Below the pieces are notes generated by a model. That model did not search any database. It was given only the letters and a program-made list of their open reading frames with translations, and was not told the origin of the DNA. The translations under genes and the position numbers were made by a program. A stretch of 64,000 nt of DNA from a virus (lineage: Duplodnaviria > Heunggongvirae > Uroviricota > Caudoviricetes), in IMG/VR virus record IMGVR_UViG_3300032007_000003, positions 184,029 through 248,028 of that record, one strand, 5' to 3'. Positions 59,741-64,000 of the stretch are shown here, piece by piece; position 1 is the first letter of the stretch; the number at the start of each line of letters is the position of its first letter.

Positions 59741-60224
59741 TCATTGGATATATAACCTCTCTAACAAATCGTTTAAATCCAACATCTTTATAGTTCTTTT
59801 TATAATCCTTTGCAAGTTTGTATTTCTTACCGATAGATAATTTCTTTTTGAATTCTTTCCATTGATATACAGCACCTTTTATTGGGTACTCCCAGTTGGT
59901 TTCATTGTTCATAGCTTCAAGTTCAAATGGAATAAAGTTGTATGGCATATATAAGCCAACTATAAACAAAGGAAAATTAAGAATCCAATACCATAAATAT
60001 AATGTATAAAAGCAGAACCATGAGTCATGTGTACTTTCAGCTTGTTTTACATGAGTCATTTCATGTGATTCGAAATTACTAGATATTTTATCCTCGAAAT
60101 TAATTAGTTGAATATCACTTTTCTCTTTGCAATATGCAATTCCCTTCCATGTTAAAGCCCTAAATCCAGGTAGTAGGAATAATGCTTTTTTGGCTTTTAA
60201 AATTTGGATTTTACTTGGTTTCAT
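59727..60224 (-). CDS. HExxH zincin-motif membrane-associated protein
   Basis: HEMTHVKQ, aromatic hydrophobic stretch, IPFELEA; ATATTTAT upstream (60236-43, minus strand). Confidence 0.55.
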   Translation of the reverse strand: MKPSKIQILKAKKALFLLPGFRALTWKGIAYCKEKSDIQLINFEDKISSNFESHEMTHVKQAESTHDSWFCFYTLYLWYWILNFPLFIVGLYMPYNFIPFELEAMNNETNWEYPIKGAVYQWKEFKKKLSIGKKYKLAKDYKKNYKDVGFKRFVREVIYPMINES

Positions 60225-60242
60225 AATTTTTTTTAATAAATA

Positions 60243-60276
60243 TTTGGATTTTACAAAATTTAACTATATCTTTGCA
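60243..60276 (+). promoter_or_regulatory. Bacteroidetes sigmaA-type promoter
   Basis: TTTG-N20-TATCTTTGCA. Confidence 0.75.
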
Positions 60277-60295
60277 ATGTCAAATTGATTTTAAC

Positions 60296-60550
60296 ATGAC
60301 GAAGGAAGGGTTAATAGAGTTATTAAAGAAGAACAAATTATCAGATTCTAAGAAAATTTCAGCAGCAGCCTTGGCAAATATAATTAAGTTTGCAGCCGTT
60401 AATTTGAGGATGGATGATAAAACATTAGATTACTATTATGATATTAGCATTGATGAGCTATTAGGTTCTGAAATGCCTGATGAGGAATATAATGTTATGA
60501 AAGAGCAAGGTTGGACAATAAATGAGAATTACTTAAAAATATTAATTTAA
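60296..60550 (+). CDS. Hypothetical protein
   Basis: ATG 60296, downstream of the promoter. Confidence 0.55.
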   Translation: MTKEGLIELLKKNKLSDSKKISAAALANIIKFAAVNLRMDDKTLDYYYDISIDELLGSEMPDEEYNVMKEQGWTINENYLKILI

Positions 60551-60562
60551 CAAATTCATATT

Positions 60563-60985
60563 ATGTTATACGTAGAATTAATAGGAAGACTTGGAGCAGA
60601 CGCTGAACTAAAGACTTCCGCAAAGGGAAACCAATTTGTTTCCATGAGAGTCGCATCTAACGACTTCTTCAATGGCGAGAATGTTACGACATGGGTTAAT
60701 GTTATGTGGTCTGGAGAACGTGCTGTTAAGATGCAAGAGCACATGAAGAAGGGTAGTGCCGTTTCTATACATGGTACATTAAGAACTTCCCTCTTCACAA
60801 ACAAGAATGGAGAACAATCAATTTCTACTGATTTATTTGCTGATAGAGTTGATTTTGTGAACTTGGGCAAGAGTGGTGACACTCAGACAAATGAGGCTGT
60901 CACAGATACTGGAACCCTTAAACCGAAAGCACAAGAAACATCTAGTGCAGCAGCATCTAAAGATGTAGACGATTTACCGTTCTAA
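60563..60985 (+). CDS. ssb: Single-stranded DNA-binding protein
   Basis: LIGRLGADAE, WVNVMW, KKGSAVSIHGTL, acidic tail DVDDLPF. Confidence 0.9.
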   Translation: MLYVELIGRLGADAELKTSAKGNQFVSMRVASNDFFNGENVTTWVNVMWSGERAVKMQEHMKKGSAVSIHGTLRTSLFTNKNGEQSISTDLFADRVDFVNLGKSGDTQTNEAVTDTGTLKPKAQETSSAAASKDVDDLPF

Positions 60986-60991
60986 CTAATT

Positions 60992-61026
60992 AAAGCCACT
61001 CACGATAAATGGGTGGCTTTCTTTTT
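60992..61026 (+). terminator. Intrinsic terminator
   Basis: AAAGCCACTCA-cgataaa-TGGGTGGCTTT followed by Ts. Confidence 0.75.
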
Positions 61027-61034
61027 ATAAAAAT

Positions 61035-61190
61035 ATGTGTAATAAAAAAAGATATGACAAAATAGGTGCAATGTTGGCACTAATCAAATGTATGCGTAGT
61101 CGCAATCGTTTTCATAATTGGAAACGACAAGAAAAACGTATATACTATTGTAAAGAATGTCATGCTTGGCATTTAACGCATTTGAATTAA
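61035..61190 (+). CDS. Small basic Cys/His (Zn-binding) protein (not in the ORF track)
   Basis: 51 aa MCNKKRY...RQEKRIYYCKECHAWHLTHLN. Confidence 0.55.
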   Translation: MCNKKRYDKIGAMLALIKCMRSRNRFHNWKRQEKRIYYCKECHAWHLTHLN

Positions 61191-61210
61191 CATTAATTAT
61201 AACTTAAAAT

Positions 61211-61243
61211 TTTGGAAATAAAAAAATTATCTATATATTTGCA
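61211..61243 (+). promoter_or_regulatory. Bacteroidetes sigmaA-type promoter
   Basis: TTTG-N19-TATATTTGCA. Confidence 0.75.
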
Positions 61244-61283
61244 CAAATTGATAAACATATTAATAACTTAAAATAGAATAATA

Positions 61284-62579
61284 ATGGCAAAGAAAACAAC
61301 AACAGCAACTATTGTTGATGCTGAAGTAACTGAGGTAAAGAGTCCAAAGACTAAGAGAGCTTCTCGCAAATCTCCAATACGTACAAGACGTGCGCTTGAT
61401 GAAATTTCAGCAGAAGCAGAAGAAGAACTTATTAAGGGTACTGCGCTTAAACGTGTTGATGATAGCGGTGAGATTAACACATCGAATCTTACCCCAGCTC
61501 GTAAAGCCTATTATAAGGAGATTGCATCAGTTCTTAATGAGAAAGAAATGTCAACCATCACTAGTTATGGCTCAGACCTTCAGAGAGCAATGAGTTCATA
61601 TTCAAGTGATTTCCTTAAGCAGTCATTCGACTCCAAGGCTGGCATTGAATCTGCTCAGTTGATTTCAAATCTTTTGGGTGAGTTACATGAGGTTGACATT
61701 AATGACCTTGAAGCACCTAGTGCAGTAAAGAGATTCTTGAGACGAATTCCTGGACTTAGGAAACTTGTTGTATCTGTAGAGCAGATTAAGGCGAAGTACA
61801 ATACTATTGAAAAGAATATTGATGGTATTGTTAAGAAGCTTGAGGCGACACGTCAGATTGCCATTAGAGACAATAATCTTTTGCAGAAGCAGTTTGAGAA
61901 TAACTGTGATTATGTAGACCAATTGGAAGACCTTATCGTTGCTGGTAAGATGAAGTCTGAGGAACTTGGTGAACTTATCGAGAACATGAAATCACATTCA
62001 AGTGACTATGAGGAATATCAGATTAGTGATATTGACGAATATAAGAATGCTCTTGATAAGCGACTCACTGACCTTATCGCCCTTCGTTATGCGTTTAAGC
62101 AGTCATTGACTCAGATTCGTATTATTCAGCGTACAAACATCATGCATGCTAACAACACTGAGTCTCAGATTGCTATGACAATTCCTCTTTGGAAGAATCA
62201 GTTGTCATTAGCTGTGGCATTGTATGACCAGAAGCAAGCCATTGAGATTGGTACAAAGGTAACTGATACCACCAATGAGTTGTTCCGCAAGAACGCTGAA
62301 ATGATGAAGGTTCAAGCTATCGAGGTTGCAAAGCAGAGTCAGCGTATGGTTCTTGATGTGGAGACTCTTCGTAAGTCAACACAAGAGCTTGTTGCTACCG
62401 TAGAGGGTGTACAAAAGGCTCAGAAGGAAGGCGCTGAAAGACGTGCAGCAGCCGAGGCTGAAATTGCAAAACTTGAAAAAGAAATGCACATGAAAGCTAT
62501 TGGCGTTGCTGAATCAACACAGAAAGTTATCTCAAGTGAGCTTCGTGGGAAGAGAGACCAGAAGATGCTTGAGGAATAA
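61284..62579 (+). CDS. Toxic anion resistance protein (TelA/KlaA family)
   Basis: Long helical protein; RDNNLL...NCDY..QL..LI.AG; LDKRLTDL...IRIIQ; TIPLWKNQLSLAV. Confidence 0.8.
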   Translation: MAKKTTTATIVDAEVTEVKSPKTKRASRKSPIRTRRALDEISAEAEEELIKGTALKRVDDSGEINTSNLTPARKAYYKEIASVLNEKEMSTITSYGSDLQRAMSSYSSDFLKQSFDSKAGIESAQLISNLLGELHEVDINDLEAPSAVKRFLRRIPGLRKLVVSVEQIKAKYNTIEKNIDGIVKKLEATRQIAIRDNNLLQKQFENNCDYVDQLEDLIVAGKMKSEELGELIENMKSHSSDYEEYQISDIDEYKNALDKRLTDLIALRYAFKQSLTQIRIIQRTNIMHANNTESQIAMTIPLWKNQLSLAVALYDQKQAIEIGTKVTDTTNELFRKNAEMMKVQAIEVAKQSQRMVLDVETLRKSTQELVATVEGVQKAQKEGAERRAAAEAEIAKLEKEMHMKAIGVAESTQKVISSELRGKRDQKMLEE

Positions 62580-64000
62580 TGGACAAACTTTGGATTGTAA
62601 CAACATGCGAAAATCATGAATATAAACAAGTTCCAATCGTCCTAGGTGACGATTGGCTTGTTTCTGAGACATATGTTATGGATGGTTATGTACATCTTAA
62701 GAATGTTTCAGATGGAACAGAGATAAAAGTAAGATTATCTGATTTAGTTGATAACCCTATGGGAAAAATGATGAAGCCTATAACGTATACGAAATTATCG
62801 AATACACTAATTAACGGTATCTCCGAAATGGTAGATGCCGACTTTATTCATACAACAAAAAAAGTGAACGATTATTCAAATGCATCAAGGAATAATGGAT
62901 ATGTTGAAAACCTATTCTATCAGCCAAAGGATATGTTTGAAGCAGTTGATTTTACTAACATGGGTATTGTCAATGAACCAGAGAACAATGTTCCAAAGTT
63001 CGTAAAGGGAGAAAAATATGCCTTAAGTGGCGTATCTTGTGAAGGATTTGAAATGCCTGAGAAAATATATGAACTTGTGGGCGTACATGATGAATATGAT
63101 GGTATTAATATCAATTCTGTAATCGTTAAACAAGTTGGTGGATACCAAGATAAAATATTCACTCTTTCTAAGCATGATTGCGAATGCATGGGAATTGAAT
63201 ATGAGAATGGTTTACAACTGTTTCCAAAACATCTTAACTGGAAAAGAGTCAAAGAAATCATACCATTCGACAAGAATAATTTAGGTACGACCCCAACAAG
63301 TGAAATTGATAATACAATCAGATATGTGGTGTTGAAGCTGAATGGTTTCAAAGATTATTCTGACGGATATGTGGTAACGCCAAGTGGTAAGCTGATTAAG
63401 GAGGAAAGATTTATTAAATCCTTGAGGGTTATAAGCGATGAACCTATAGTATATGAGCAGCCAAGTGGTGAAAGTAAGAATGGAGTTATATTCCCTTCTA
63501 ATACTAGATTGGATGTTCAGATTGCTTACCCAAGTGGATTAAACTATAATCATGGCAATTTCATTTCAGAAGAAGATACTGTTTATGTTCTCATCAAACT
63601 CGTGAAAGAGGTTAATGACCCAACAGCAATTGATGGGAAAAGTGGTGTTGAAAAACCTTATCTAGATGGTTTTAACCCTAATGACCATTTTAAGATTGCT
63701 TGGGATGAATTAGGGGCTTATACTATCGAAGAGTATGAGGCAGAGAAAGCTAGAAAAGAAAAGGCTAGAAAAGAGAGAATTGAGAGGGAAGAAAAAGAGA
63801 GGCAAAGAAGAATAGCTGAGGAAGAAAAGAGAGTTAGGGAAAAGAGAAAGTTAGTGGAGCAAGCTGTGGATAGAATGAAAGACTACAACATTAAAACTCC
63901 AAGTTTCCCAAAAATGCCAAATATTAAAATGGAAGGATTAAGCTCTCTTAATCTCTATATGGATAGTCTTGATGTATATTTTGATACACTAGATTCTTCT
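62579..64000 (+). CDS. Hypothetical protein, 3'-truncated by the window (not in the ORF track)
   Basis: TAATG overlap with the TelA stop; open for 474 codons to the window end; E/R/K-rich helix near 63720-63870. Confidence 0.7.
   Translation, partial: MDKLWIVTTCENHEYKQVPIVLGDDWLVSETYVMDGYVHLKNVSDGTEIKVRLSDLVDNPMGKMMKPITYTKLSNTLINGISEMVDADFIHTTKKVNDYSNASRNNGYVENLFYQPKDMFEAVDFTNMGIVNEPENNVPKFVKGEKYALSGVSCEGFEMPEKIYELVGVHDEYDGININSVIVKQVGGYQDKIFTLSKHDCECMGIEYENGLQLFPKHLNWKRVKEIIPFDKNNLGTTPTSEIDNTIRYVVLKLNGFKDYSDGYVVTPSGKLIKEERFIKSLRVISDEPIVYEQPSGESKNGVIFPSNTRLDVQIAYPSGLNYNHGNFISEEDTVYVLIKLVKEVNDPTAIDGKSGVEKPYLDGFNPNDHFKIAWDELGAYTIEEYEAEKARKEKARKERIEREEKERQRRIAEEEKRVREKRKLVEQAVDRMKDYNIKTPSFPKMPNIKMEGLSSLNLYMDSLDVYFDTLDSS

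Noticed and set aside
41065-62579. Bacterial chromosome origin for the housekeeping-like genes
   Set aside because: dnaK, infC, tyrS and nadE lack their usual operon partners (grpE, thrS, rpmI, rplT). They are mixed with short phage-type ORFs and homing endonucleases and are contiguous with virion genes.
153-63351. Remaining short overlapping ORFs in the six-frame track
   Set aside because: They lie inside longer, motif-supported genes on other frames or strands and have no recognisable features.
1-64000. Stop-codon reassignment (TAG to Gln, as in some Lak and crAss-like phages)
   Set aside because: Structural ORFs of 1000-1500 aa are uninterrupted in code 11. TAG ends a few genes (28050, 58351, 59727) at sensible positions.
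1-64000. tRNA, rRNA, CRISPR array, introns or inteins
   Set aside because: I saw no cloverleaf/T-loop motifs or spaced repeats by eye. DnaK, TyrRS, RtcB and NadE are continuous and of normal length. A tRNAscan/Infernal run would be the proper check.

Overview
This is a 64 kb, AT-rich, gene-dense slice of a large tailed (jumbo-type, probably contractile-tailed) bacteriophage infecting Bacteroidota, most likely Prevotella-like. It reads cleanly in the standard genetic code. Host evidence: about eleven TTTG-N19/20-TAnnTTT(G/A)CA promoters, A-rich ribosome-loading regions without Shine-Dalgarno motifs, and Bacteroidetes-style DnaK, TyrRS, IF3 and a secreted protease. Bases 1-36.4 kb are mostly virion genes: very large baseplate/tail proteins, Cys-rich BACON-like proteins, a tail fibre with an S74 chaperone, and a 1545-aa BspA-LRR/Ig/GH2 glycosidase fusion. 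They are interrupted at 20.2-23.4 kb by a small island holding an SbcD/gp47-like nuclease, a secreted C10 cysteine protease with a T9SS-like tail, and a T5orf172 gene. Bases 36.5-64 kb hold early/auxiliary genes: PD-(D/E)xK nuclease, CX5R and HAD phosphatases, dnaK-dnaJ-AAA ATPase-macrodomain, IF3, a sigma-70 factor, a TROVE-like/vWA protein, TyrRS, NadE, radical SAM, RtcB, SSB, TelA and two free-standing homing endonucleases. I saw no tRNA, rRNA, CRISPR array, intron, intein or DGR. All family assignments come from motif recognition by eye; no database search was run.
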